From: Macrostomum lignano
Taxonomy: Eukaryota
DNA length: 32,883 nucleotides
Direction of reading: 5' to 3'
Assembly: GCA_002269645.1 (NCBI GenBank)
Contig: NIVC01004867.1
Span: 1 to 32,883, forward strand
Position 1 is the stretch's first letter. Each line of letters begins with the position of its first letter. A program made the translations under genes and the position numbers. Below the pieces are notes generated by a model, which was given only the letters and a program-made list of their open reading frames with translations, did not search any database and was not told where the DNA came from. This document shows, in pieces, positions 11,744 through 22,569 of this stretch.

Positions 11744-13494
11744 AGATGTTAGTGAAGAGTCTCATCTCAGGGTGAGATGTTAGTGAAGAGTCTCAGGGTG
11801 AGATTTTAGTGAAGAAGAGTCTCCAGGGTGAGATGTTAGTGAAGAGTCTCAGGGTGAGATTTTAGTGAAGAAGAGTCTCCAGGGTGAGATTTTAGTGAAG
11901 AATCTCAAGGTGAGATTTTAGTGAAGAAGAGTCTCAGGGTGAGATGTTAGTGAAGAGTCTCAGGGTGAGATTTTAGTGAAGAATCTCAGGGTGAGATGTT
12001 AGTGAAGAATCTCAGGGTGAGATGTTAGTGAAGAATCTCAGGGTGAGATGTTAGTGAAGAATCTCAAGGTGAGATTTTAGTGAAGAATCTCATCTCAGGG
12101 TGAGATGTTAGTGAAGAATCTCAGGGTGAGATGTTAGTGAAGAATCTCAGGGTGAGATGTTAGTGAAGAATCTCAAGGTGAGATTTTAGTGAAGAATCTC
12201 ATCTCAGGGTGAGATGTTAGTGAAGAGTCTCAGGGTGAGATGTTAGTGAAGAGTCTCAGGGTGAGATGTTAGTGAAGAGTCTCAGGGTGAGATGTTAGTG
12301 AAGAGTCTCAGGGTGAGATGTTAGTGAAGAGTCTCAGGGTGAGATTTTAGTGAAGAAAAGTCTCAGGGTGAGATGTTAGTGAAGAGTCTCAGGGTGAGAT
12401 TTTAGTGAAGAGTCTCAGGGTGAGATGTTAGTGAAGAGTCTCAGGGTGAGATGTTAGTGAAGAGTCTCAGGGTGAGATTTTAGTGAAGAAGAGTCTCAGG
12501 GTGAGATGTTAGTGAAGAGTCTCAGGGTGAGATTTTAGTGAAGAAGAGTCTCCAGGGTGAGATGTTAGTAAAGAATCTCAGGGTGAGATGTTAGTGAAGA
12601 ATCTCAGGGTGAGATGTTAGTGAAGAATCTCAAGGTGAGATTTTAGTGAAGAATCTCATCTCAGGGTGAGATGTTAGTGAAGAGTCTCAGGGTGAGATGT
12701 TAGTGAAGAGTCTCAGGGTGAGATGTTAGTGAAGAGTCTCAGGGTGAGATGTTAGTGAAGAGTCTCAGGGTGAGATGTTAGTGAAGAGTCTCAGGGTGAG
12801 ATGTTAGTGAAGAGTCTCAGGGTGAGATTTTAGTGAAGAAGAGTCTCAGGGTGAGATGTTAGTGAAGAGTCTCAGGGTGAGATTTTAGTGAAGAAGAGTC
12901 TCCAGGGGGAGATGTTAGTAAAGAATCTCAGGGTGAGATGTTAGTGAAGAATCTCAGGGTGAGATGTTAGTGAAGAATCTCAGGGTGAGATGTTAGTGAA
13001 GAGTCTCAAGGTGAGATTTTAGTGAAGAATCTCATCTCAGGGTGAGATGTTAGTGAAGAGTCTCAGGGTGAGATGTTAGTGAAGAATCTCAGGGTGAGAT
13101 GTTAGTGAAGAGTCTCAGGGTGAGATTTTAGTGAAGAAGAGTCTCCAGGGTGAGATGTTAGTGAAGAGTCTCAGGGTGAGATGTTAGTGAAGAATCTCAG
13201 GGTGAGATGTTAGTGAAGACTCTCAAGGTGAGATTTTAGTGAAGAATCTCATCTCAGGGTGAGATGTTAGTGAAGAGTCTCAGGGTGAGATGTTAGTGAA
13301 GAGTCTCAGGGTGAGATGTTAGTGAAGAGTCTCAGGGTGAGATGTTAGTGAAGAGTCTCAGGGTGAGATTTTAGTGAAGAAGAGTCTTCAGGGTGAGATG
13401 TTAGTGAAGAGTCTTAGGGTGAGATGTTAGTGAAGAGTCTCAGGGTGAGATTTTAGTGAAGAATCTCAGGGTGAGATGCTAGTGAAGAGTCTCA
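11744..13494. repeat. Satellite array A, 26-nt unit CAGGGTGAGAT(G/T)TTAGTGAAGA(G/A)TCT with 29- and 31-nt variants
   Basis: About 65 tandem units, directly visible. Confidence 0.98.
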
Positions 13495-13508
13495 AAATAT
13501 AGATATAC

Positions 13509-13982
13509 CTCAAGACCGGCAGTGCTTTAAAACTGTGCAAATATCAAGGCCCTCAATAAAAATTAGCAGCGTTTTGAAAGGAATTTCCTTTCAATGTCAG
13601 GCCAGCAGGCGCTTCCAGTTGCTGCTTCAACCCCCGCTGCTCCCGTTCAGCCCCTCGTAGGAATGCGTGTGGGTTTCGGAGACGCTGGACTGAGCAGCAG
13701 CAGAAATCCCTGGCGGTTGCCTTGGCAACTGAGTTGAGAAGAATGAGAGGCAGGGGCAGTGGGTGAAGGAGATTGTGGCGGAGGATCCTGCCAGTGGAGA
13801 GTGGCATCTCTATTGACTTTTAATGAGAATCGGGGCTGGAGACTGGGGCTTGAGTAGACGGACGACTGCAGCACAGATGTCGGAGCCGCGCTTGCTCACC
13901 AGCCGCACTGCGGAATATTGATTGTGGCTGGTCGATGCTCCTCATGATTTATCACTGCTGAGCTCTGCTGCACTTCAGGCAG
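13509..13982 (-). CDS. Candidate internal exon (~474 nt) of the large minus-strand gene, several frameshifts
   Basis: Unique, GC-richer sequence between two arrays. Minus-strand acceptor GTCCGCAG| and donor TTGAG|GTATAT. Protein-like stretches: AVRLVSKRGSDICAAVVRLLKP, HAFLRGAEREQRGLKQQLEAP, LIFIEGLDIC, FKALPVL. Confidence 0.4.
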
Positions 13983-14029
13983 CTGCGGACACTTCAAGTT
14001 GGGGGAGTGGCTTGGCAAATCAATGTTAA

Positions 14030-15000
14030 TTCTCACTGAGATTCCTTACTGGACTCTCGCTGAGATTCCTTACTGGACTTTCGCTGAGATTCCTTACTGG
14101 ACTCTAGCTGAGATTCCTTACTGGAATCTCGCTGAGATTCCTTACTGGAATCTCGCTGAGATTCCTTACTGGACTCTCGCTGAGATTCATTACAGGACTC
14201 TCGCTGAGATTCATTACAGGACTCTCGCTGAGATTCATTACTGGACTCTCACTGAGATTCATTACAGGACTCTCGCTGAGATTCATTACAGGACTCTCGC
14301 TGAGATTCATTACAGGACTCTCGCTGAGATTCATTACAGGACTCTCGCTGAGATTCATTACAGGACTCTCGCTGAGATTCATTACAGGACTCTCACTGAG
14401 GTTCCTTACTGGACTCTCGCTGAGATTCATTACAGGACTCTCACTGAGATTCATTACAGGACTCTCGCTGAGATTCATTACAGGACTCTCGCTGAGATTC
14501 ATTACAGGACTCTCGCTGAGATTCATTACAGGACTCTCGCTGAGATTCATTACAGGACTCTCGCTGAGATTCCTTACTGGACTCTCGCTGAGATTCATTA
14601 CAGGACTCTCACTGAGATTCATTACAGGACTCTCGCTGAGATTCATTACAGGACTCTCGCTGAGATTCATTACAGGACTCTCGCTGAGATTCATTACAGG
14701 ACTCTCGCTGAGATTCATTACTGGACTCTCACTGAGATTCATTACAGGACTCTCGCTGAGATTCATTACAGGACTCTCGCTGAGATTCCTTACTGGACTC
14801 TCGCTGAGATTCATTACAGGACTCTCACTGAGATTCATTACAGGACTCTCGCTGAGATTCATTACAGGACTCTCGCTGAGATTCATTACAGGACTCTCGC
14901 TGAGATTCATTACAGGACTCTCGCTGAGATTCATTACAGGACTCTCGCTGAGATTCATTACTGGACTCTCACTGAGATTCATTACTGGACTCTCACTGGA
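14030..15000. repeat. Satellite array B, 24-nt unit CTGAGATTCATTACAGGACTCTCG
   Basis: About 40 units. The reverse complement shares GAATCTCAG..TGAGA with array A. Confidence 0.98.
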
Positions 15001-15250
15001 ATCTCATCCTGAGAATTTTTAGTGGAGTCTTACCCTGAGATATTTTATTGGAATCTCACCCTGGGATTCTTCACTAGAATCTCACCCGGAGATTTTTCAC
15101 TAGAATCTTACCCTGATATTTTTCACTAGAATCTCACCCTAATATTTTTTTTATTTGAATCTCACCCTGAGTTTTTCATTGGAATCTCACCCTAGGATTT
15201 TTTACTAGAATCTCACCCTGAGATTCTTCACTAGAATCTCACCTTGAAAT
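15001..15250. repeat. Degenerate 26-nt array CTCACCCTGAGATTCTTCACTAGAAT, an inverted copy of array A
   Basis: Its reverse complement GGTGAGATTCTAGTGAAGAATCTCAGGGTGAG differs by 1 nt from array A units. Confidence 0.92.
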
Positions 15251-15361
15251 TCCTAACTATCTTCAATAAAATCAAACAAAGAACAGTTCGGAAAGTTTTG
15301 GAAGGCTGGCATTTGCAGAGGATTCGAAGAGTCTCATTTTATTACTATCATCGTTACTGAC

Positions 15362-15685
15362 CCATGTCTGCTGCCTCTCCCAGCCCAAGCTGTTGGAATC
15401 CCCGGGCCCGTGCGGAAAAAATCCTCCGGCTTTCAAATCTCGGTGCGCCGCGCATCGATGCGGACACCGAATGCCTCTGCGAATTTCTACAATCCTTAGA
15501 GACGGGGAGGCTGGATGCCCTCCCCCTGCACATGCTGGTTGGCTCAACGGGAGAGGGGAGGGAGGGGAACGCAGGAGAGAGAGAGGGACACCCCTGGTAG
15601 CTGGGGAAAAGTGGAGAACTCATGTCCAAGGGCTAATATTTGCCCAGCCCTGGCGCGCGGGTCCTCAATCTTCAGCTCGGAGGAA
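15362..15685 (-). CDS. Candidate exon(s) of the large minus-strand gene (SSELKIEDPRARAGQILALGHEF...LRIVEIRRGIRCPH...GWERQQTW)
   Basis: Strong acceptor TTTTTTTTCTCTCACCCGCAG| and donor CATGG|GTCAGT on the minus strand. An open + frame also exists, so strand is uncertain. Confidence 0.28.
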
Positions 15686-16169
15686 CTGCGGGTGAGAGAA
15701 AAAAAACCCACTGCAGATTCGCATTGGCACGAGCCAAAGTATAAAGCTAATAACAGCCGGGCATCAGCTCTGGTGACACCTCTCAGCGAAAGACACCTAG
15801 CTGATACAAATTGAATATCTGGGAAGACGCTGAGCAATGTCAGATCCACAAGTCATGCGACTCTTCTGAGCTTTGCTTCATAGCAACTGAACCGCATCTC
15901 AACTCCTTCTTTCCGCGCTAACTTTAAGTTAAGGTAAGTCCGAACAGGCTGCGTAAAGTCTGCATTTATTTTCCTATAATCTCTGCCATCCTCTCTTTTT
16001 CCCAGGAGCTTCGCTCCGTCCTCCAGACTGATTGATCGAGTGTGTGAGCGCTAGGGGAGCCGGGGAGCAGCTCAGCTCTCATGCTGGGAGCTCCCTCTTG
16101 GCGCTGTTCCGGTCTCATGGCTAGCATGCCGGTTAGCTTATATGGGTTTGAATCAGCCCACTGTCTTTC

Positions 16170-16690
16170 AGCCTCTGCCTTACCCTCTGCCTTACCCTCT
16201 GCCTCACCCCCTGCCTCACCCTCTGCCTCACCCTCTGCCTCACCCTCTGCCTCACCCTCTACCTCACCCTCTGCCTACCACTCTGCCTCACCCTCTGCTT
16301 CATCCTCTGTATCACCCTCTGTCTTACCCTCTGCCTCACCCTCTGCCTCATCCTCTGCCTCATCCTCTGCCTCACCCTCTGTCTCATCTTTTGTCTCACC
16401 CTCTGCCTAACACTCTGCCTCACCCTCTGTCCCACCCTCTCTCTCTGTCACCTTCTGTCTCTCTTACCCTCTGTCTCTGTCCCCCTCTGTCTCTGTCACT
16501 CTCTGTGGCTCTTACCCTTTGTCTCTGTCACCTTCTGTCTCTCACCCTCTGTCTCCCTCTGCCTCTGTCACCCTCTGCCTCTGTCACTCTCTGTCTCTGT
16601 CCACCCTCTGTCTCTCACCTCTGTCTCTCACCCTCTGTCTCTCACCCTCTGTCTCTCACCCTCTGCCTCTTCCTGTTCCTCTCACTCTCC
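16170..16690. repeat. 12-nt minisatellite CCTCACCCTCTG grading into CT-rich sequence
   Basis: Directly visible. Confidence 0.93.
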
Positions 16691-17359
16691 ATCAAGCAGC
16701 ACTCACTCTAAAAAATCTGCGCTCTCTTACCCAGCCTCCTGCAGACTGAATGATGGAGGATTTCAGGCAGATTCTGCAGCCCTCCATCCCAGAGCTGTCA
16801 CTCCAATAGTTCATAACAATAGCCATAGTTAGTCAGCATCGCAGAGAACATGCTTACACTAGCTCTGCGCGGCTTAACCGCATCATCACTCGTGCTCCAA
16901 TGGGGGGCTTATCTATTTTATTTATCTATTTATTTATTTCTTGATGGCATCGAACCGCCCGAGCACAGGAGCGGCCTGGCTTGGATGAAGATAAATCACT
17001 TTCATTCCTGTTCGCATACTTTGCATAATAAATGCCCCACGCATCCGACACCCCCGCCTACCAGCCAAGATCTGGGATCGGCAGGTTTTCTCAGGCAGAG
17101 GAAGGCAGAAATATGGTTTATCCCTATATATAGCCTCATGTAGAGCTTCGCACAAGTAATCCTTAGTTGAGCATAAGCTGGAGGCTGCATACGATGACAC
17201 GTATTTTTTATTATTTAGAAACAGGTCACTTTCAATTTCCTGATCAATTTTTATGATTTTTGGACTAGAATTTAACTATTTTTTCTTTCTGTGAATTAAG
17301 AAGGCAAGGGTGGGGACACAGGGATCTGCTCTACGTTTCTCTACGTTTCTGAATCTCTC

Positions 17360-18010
17360 TCCCTGACCCTGACCCTGACTCGCTACCTGTCTCCTCCCGT
17401 CTCTCTTTCACCCTGACTCTCTCCCTGACTCTCTCCCTGACTCTCTCCCTGACTCTCGCCCTGACTCTCTTCCTGACTCTCGCCCTGACTCTCTCCCTGA
17501 CTCTCGCCCTGACTCTCTCCCTGACTCTCGCCCTGACTCTCTTCCTGACTCTCGCCCTGACTCTCTTCCTGACTCTCTCTCTGACTCTCTCCCTGACTCT
17601 CTCCCTGACTCTCTTCCTGACTCTCTTCCTGACTCTCTCCCTGATTCTCTCCCTGACTCTACCTGTCTCCTCCCGTCTTTATTTCACCCTGATTCTCTCC
17701 CTGACTCTCTCACTGTCTCCTCCCGTCTTTATTTCACCCTGATTCTCTCCCTGACTCTCTCACTGTCTCCTCCCGTCTTTATTTCACCCTGATTCTCTCC
17801 CTGACTCTCTCACTGGCTCCTCCCGTCTTTATTTCACCCTGATTCTCTCCCTGACTCTCGCCCTGACTCTCTTCCTGACTCTCTCCCTGACTCTCGCCCT
17901 GACTCTCTTCCTGACTCTCTCCCTGACTCTCACCCTGACTCTCACCCTGACTCTCACCCTGACTCTCACCCTGACTCTCACCCTGACTCTCACCCTGACT
18001 CTCTCATCGA
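17360..18010. repeat. 12-nt minisatellite CCCTGACTCTC(T/G/A) with three ~60-nt higher-order copies at ~17660-17850
   Basis: Directly visible. Confidence 0.94.
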
Positions 18011-18864
18011 CTCTCTCTTGTATCATATTTCCTTTTTCTCTCTCTGACTCCCTCCTATTCATCCCATCTTACCCAATCTCTTACCCTGTCTCTCCCTATT
18101 AAATTTTATTCCTCTAACACCATCTCGCTGTCTCTCTCACCCCCAGTTTCTCTATCCCAGTCTCCATCTCCATCTCACTCGGACTCACTTTTCTATCAGC
18201 GCTTCTTTCTATCCTTTGTCTTCAGCAAGTTTCTCTGTTGCTCAGTCTACCCCTAATCCCGTGTCTCGGCGGGCTTCTTTTGCACCATTAATTTTTCTAC
18301 CCACCGCTTCTTCTTCTTCTTCTTCTTTTGGTTCTTCTCGCCGCCCTCTCTGTGCCGTTCCCCGCCCTCGATCAGTCATCTGCGAGTTAATGTCCCGGGA
18401 AGAAGAGCACTAGTTGGTAGTCTGGCGGGCCGGTGGCGGCACAGGGCTGCGGCAGCTGCGTGGCCCGAGGGGACAAGTAGACAGTCGCCGCTGCTGCGGA
18501 ACTTTTTTTTCGGGGAACATTTTCCCTCGTCTAAATATCCCCATCTATCCGCGCTATGGACGAGTTCAGCTGGTGCGGACGGCGAGGAAGGCAGGAAATG
18601 AGCGGCGGAGGATCTCTCTCGCGGCCGCTGCGGACCCATGAGCAGTTTGCCTTTTTTCGGACTCTCCCAGCTAAACTGTTTCCGCCGCCAGCTTCTGTCC
18701 AACTGACACCAGCGGAGGGCCGGGCAGTTGAGAGCAGTTGAAAAGTGCTCGCTGGTTACTGACTCGCTTCCTATGGGTTAATCCCCCTTCGAACTCGGCA
18801 GGTCGGTGCAGCAATTAGCAGTGGGATTGGGGCTGTCCCAATCCATGCTTATCGAGTGCCTCAC

Positions 18865-19096
18865 AGAATAAGTGACTTTGCTAGGAGAATTTAGAGCGGA
18901 GAAATTTTGCAACGGTGCAATCTGAGTCGTTGCTACATCGCTGGGGGATTTACAACTGAGCTGAGATCGATGCCTTCTCCCAGTTTTGCATTGATCTGCT
19001 GTTTGGTGTCTGCAGCGACTTCGCCTCTGAGTTCTGTCGTATTCTGTCGTAGTTCTGAGTTCAGTAGGTCACCGGTTGATTTTGTTCTGTCGTATC
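18865..19096 (-). CDS. Second coding exon of unidentified minus-strand gene (GYDRTKSTGDLLNSELRQNTTELRGEVAADTKQQINAKLGEGIDLSSVVNP...); 3' end uncertain
   Basis: Acceptor CTAACAG| at 19097-19098. The phase-1 junction with exon 21979-22307 gives ...RAFLIG-YDRTK. Frame is open to ~18930, then needs a frameshift. Possible donor |GTGAGG at 18864. Confidence 0.55.
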
Positions 19097-19103
19097 CTGT
19101 TAG

Positions 19104-19805
19104 CTAGATTAGCAATCCATAGAATAGATTAGCAATCCATTGAATAGATTAACAATCCATTGACTAGATTAGCAATCCATAGAATAGATTAGCAATCCAT
19201 TGAATAGATTAACAATCCATTGACTAGATTAGCTATCCATTGAATAGATTAACAATCCATTGACTAGATTAGCAATCCATAGAATAGATTAGCAATCCAT
19301 TGAATAGATTAACAATCCATTGACTAGATTAGCAATCCATAGAATAGATTAGCAATCCATTGAATAGATTAACAATCCATTGACTAGATTAGCTATCCAT
19401 TGAATAGATTAACAATCCATTGACTAGATTAGCAATCCATTGAATAGATTAACAATCCATTCACTAGATTAGCTATCCATTGAATAGATTAGCAATCCAT
19501 TGAATAGATTAACAATCCATTGACTAGATTAGCAATCCATACGCTAGGTTAGCAATCCATAGACTAGATTAGCAATCCATACACTATATTATCAACCCAT
19601 AGACTAGATTAGGAATCCATAGACTAGATTAGCTATCCATAAACTAGATTAGCAATCCATAGACTAGATTAGCAATCCATAGACTAGATTAGCTATCCAT
19701 AAACTAGATTAGCAATCAATAGACTAGATTAGCTATCTATAGACTAGATTAGCTATCTATAGACTAGATTAGCTATCTATAGACTAGATTAGCTATCTAT
19801 AGACT
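19104..19805. repeat. 20-nt satellite AGATTAGCAATCCAT(T/A)GA(A/C)T
   Basis: About 35 tandem units, continuous with the 26-nt array. Confidence 0.97.
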
Positions 19806-21935
19806 AGATTACCATGTAGCAATCTATAGACTAGATTACCGGTAGCAATCTTTAGACTAGATTACCGGTAGCAATCTATAGACTAGATTACCGGTAGCAA
19901 TCTATAGACTAGATTACCGGTAGCAATCTTTAGACTAGATTACCGGTAGCAATCTATAGACTAGATTAGCTATCTATAGACTAGATTACCGGTAGCAATC
20001 TATAGACTAGATTACCGGTAGCAATCTATAGACTAGATTACCGGTAGCAATCTATAGACTAGATTACCGGTAGCAATCTATAGACTAGATTACCGGTAGC
20101 AATCTTTAGACTAGATTACCGGTAGCAATCTATAGACTAGATTACCGGTAGCAATCTTTAGACTAGATTACCGGTAGCAATCTATAGACTAGATTACCGG
20201 TAGCAATCTACAGACTAGATTACCGGTAGCAATCTATAGACTAGATTACCGGTAGCAATCTATAGACTAGATTACCGGTAGCAATCTTTAGACTAGATTA
20301 CCGGTAGCAATCTATAGACTAGATTACCGGTAGCAATCTTTAGACTAGATTACCGGTAGCAATCTTTAGACTAGATTACTGGTAGCAATCTTTAGACTAG
20401 ATTACCGGTAGCAATCTATAGACTAGATTACCGGTAGCAATCTATAGACTAGATTACCGGTAGCAATCTATAGACTAGATTACCGGTAGCAATCTATAGA
20501 CTAGATTACCGGTAGCAATTTATAGACTAGATTACCGGTAGCAATCTATAGACTAGATTACCGGTAGCAATCTATAGACTAGATTACCGGTAGCAATCTA
20601 CAGACTAGATTACCGGTAGCAATCTATAGACTAGATTACCGGTAGCAATCTTTAGACTAGATTACCGGTAGCAATCTATAGACTAGATTACCGGTAGCAA
20701 TCTATAGACTAGATTACCGGTAGCAATCTATAGACTAGATTACCGGTAGCAATCTATAGACTAGATTACCGGTAGCAATCTATAGACTAGATTACCGGTA
20801 GCAATCTATAGACTAGATTACCGGTAGCAATCTATAGACTAGATTACCGGTAGCAATCTATAGACTAGATTACCGGTAGCAATCTATAGACTAGATTACC
20901 GGTAGCAATCTATAGACTAGATTACCGGTAGCAATCTATAGACTAGATTACCGGTAGCAATCTATAGACTAGATTACCGGTAGCAATCTATAGACTAGAT
21001 TACCGGTAGCAATCTATAGACTAGATTACCGGTAGCAATCTTTAGACTAGATTACCGGTAGCAATCTATAGACTAGATTACCGGTAGCAATCTATAGACT
21101 AGATTACCGGTAGCAATCTATAGACTAGATTACCGGTAGCAATCTATAGACTAGATTACCGGTAGCAATCTATAGACTAGATTACCGGTAGCAATCTATA
21201 GACTAGATTACCGGTAGCAATCTATAGACTAGATTACCGGTAGCAATTTATAGACTAGATTACCGGTAGCAATCTATAGACTAGATTACCGGTAGCAATC
21301 TATAGACTAGATTACCGGTAGCAATCTATAGACTAGATTACCGGTAGCAATCTATAGACTAGATTACCGGTAGCAATCTATAGACTAGATTACCGGTAGC
21401 AATCTATAGACTAGATTACCGGTAGCAATCTATAGACTAGATTACCGGTAGCAATCTATAGACTAGATTACCGGTAGCAATCTATAGACTAGATTACCGG
21501 TAGCAATCTTTAGACTAGATTACCGGTAGCAATCTATAGACTAGATTACCGGTAGCAATCTATAGACTAGATTACCGGTAGCAATCTATAGACTAGATTA
21601 CCGGTAGCAATCTTTAGACTAGATTACCGGTAGCAATCTATAGACTAGATTACCGGTAGCAATCTATAGACTAGATTACCGGTAGCAATCTATAGACTAG
21701 ATTACCGGTAGCAATCTATAGACTAGATTACCGGTAGCAATCTATAGACTAGATTACCGGTAGCAATCTATAGACTAGATTACCGGTAGCAATCTATAGA
21801 CTAGATTACCGGTAGCAATCTATAGACTAGATTACCGGTAGCAATCTATAGACTAGATTACCGGTAGCAATTTATAGACTAGATTACCGGTAGCAATCTA
21901 TAGACTAGATTACCGGTAGCAATCTATAGACTAGG
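19806..21935. repeat. Highly homogeneous 26-nt satellite CTAGATTACCGGTAGCAATCTATAGA
   Basis: About 80 units; main variant TTTAGA for TATAGA. Confidence 0.98.
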
Positions 21936-21978
21936 TTAGTAAAGGATTTTACTTTCCAGGCGGATGCAACACAGTTAC

Positions 21979-22307
21979 CTATCAGAAAAGCACGCGTTAA
22001 CACCCGCTTGTCCCCTCAACTCGGACAAGAAGCTCTCTGTAAATCATAAATCTCAATGACCTTGTACTGTACCCGAACAGTTTTGTTTCCAATGGGAAGG
22101 AAGCTTGAAAGCGGCAAAAGCGATTTCCAGGGCCAGCAGTTGGAAAAACCGGCATGAGGGTGCATAAATCAGAGCGGAGCGAGACTGGGGCAAGGTCCAG
22201 CATCTTTTTAGAATTTTTTGAAGAATTTTAGCGGCATCCTTTGTTAAACTGGAGCTGTAGCAAGATCCAGAACTGGAGCAGCAACTCATCGACAACTCAC
22301 CAGCCAT
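21979..22307 (-). CDS. Probable first coding exon of an unidentified minus-strand gene (MAGELSMSCC...KMLDLAPVSLRSDL...ETKLFGYSTRSLRFMIYRELLVRVEGTSGVLTRAFLIG); two apparent 1-nt deletions (~22205-22220, ~22004)
   Basis: ATG at 22307 in context GAAAATGG. Two overlapping ORFs join with one added A. One added G restores the frame to donor ATAG|GTAACT, which is phase-compatible with the next exon. Confidence 0.6.
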
Positions 22308-22569
22308 TTTCAGTTTCGCGCACAAAAGGCTACAAATAAACAAACTACTAATAAAAAGAGTCCTACGTATACAAGTAAACAAGAAACTAAAAATAGAAAA
22401 AAAGCTACAAATTAATAAAAGCCTTCAATAAACAAAGAACTAGAAATAGACAAAAAACAAATAAACTACAAATAAACAAAACCTACAAACAACTACAAAT
22501 AAAAATAAATCAAAGCACAAAACTGAAAAAAATACGGAAAAATTATTCAAGCATAAGCCAGATTACAAA

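Noticed and set aside
13999-15012. 337-aa (TLAEIHYR)n and 292-aa (MNLSESPV)n ORFs on opposite strands
   Set aside because: A 24-nt unit keeps frame automatically, and the unit is related to the 26-nt non-coding satellite.
15420-15500. HRDLKA on the minus strand resembling a kinase catalytic loop
   Set aside because: No Asn at the expected position (HRDLKAGG), wrong upstream spacing, and no other kinase subdomain motifs in the neighbouring exons.
15934-16005. Textbook + strand 72-nt intron (AAG|GTAAGT...CTCTCTTTTTCCCAG|)
   Set aside because: The same bases form an open, protein-like minus frame (LEDGAKLLGKREDGRDYRKINADFTQPVRTYLNLKLARK) that fits the surrounding minus-strand gene, and flanking + frames contain stops. 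Not excluded without RNA data.
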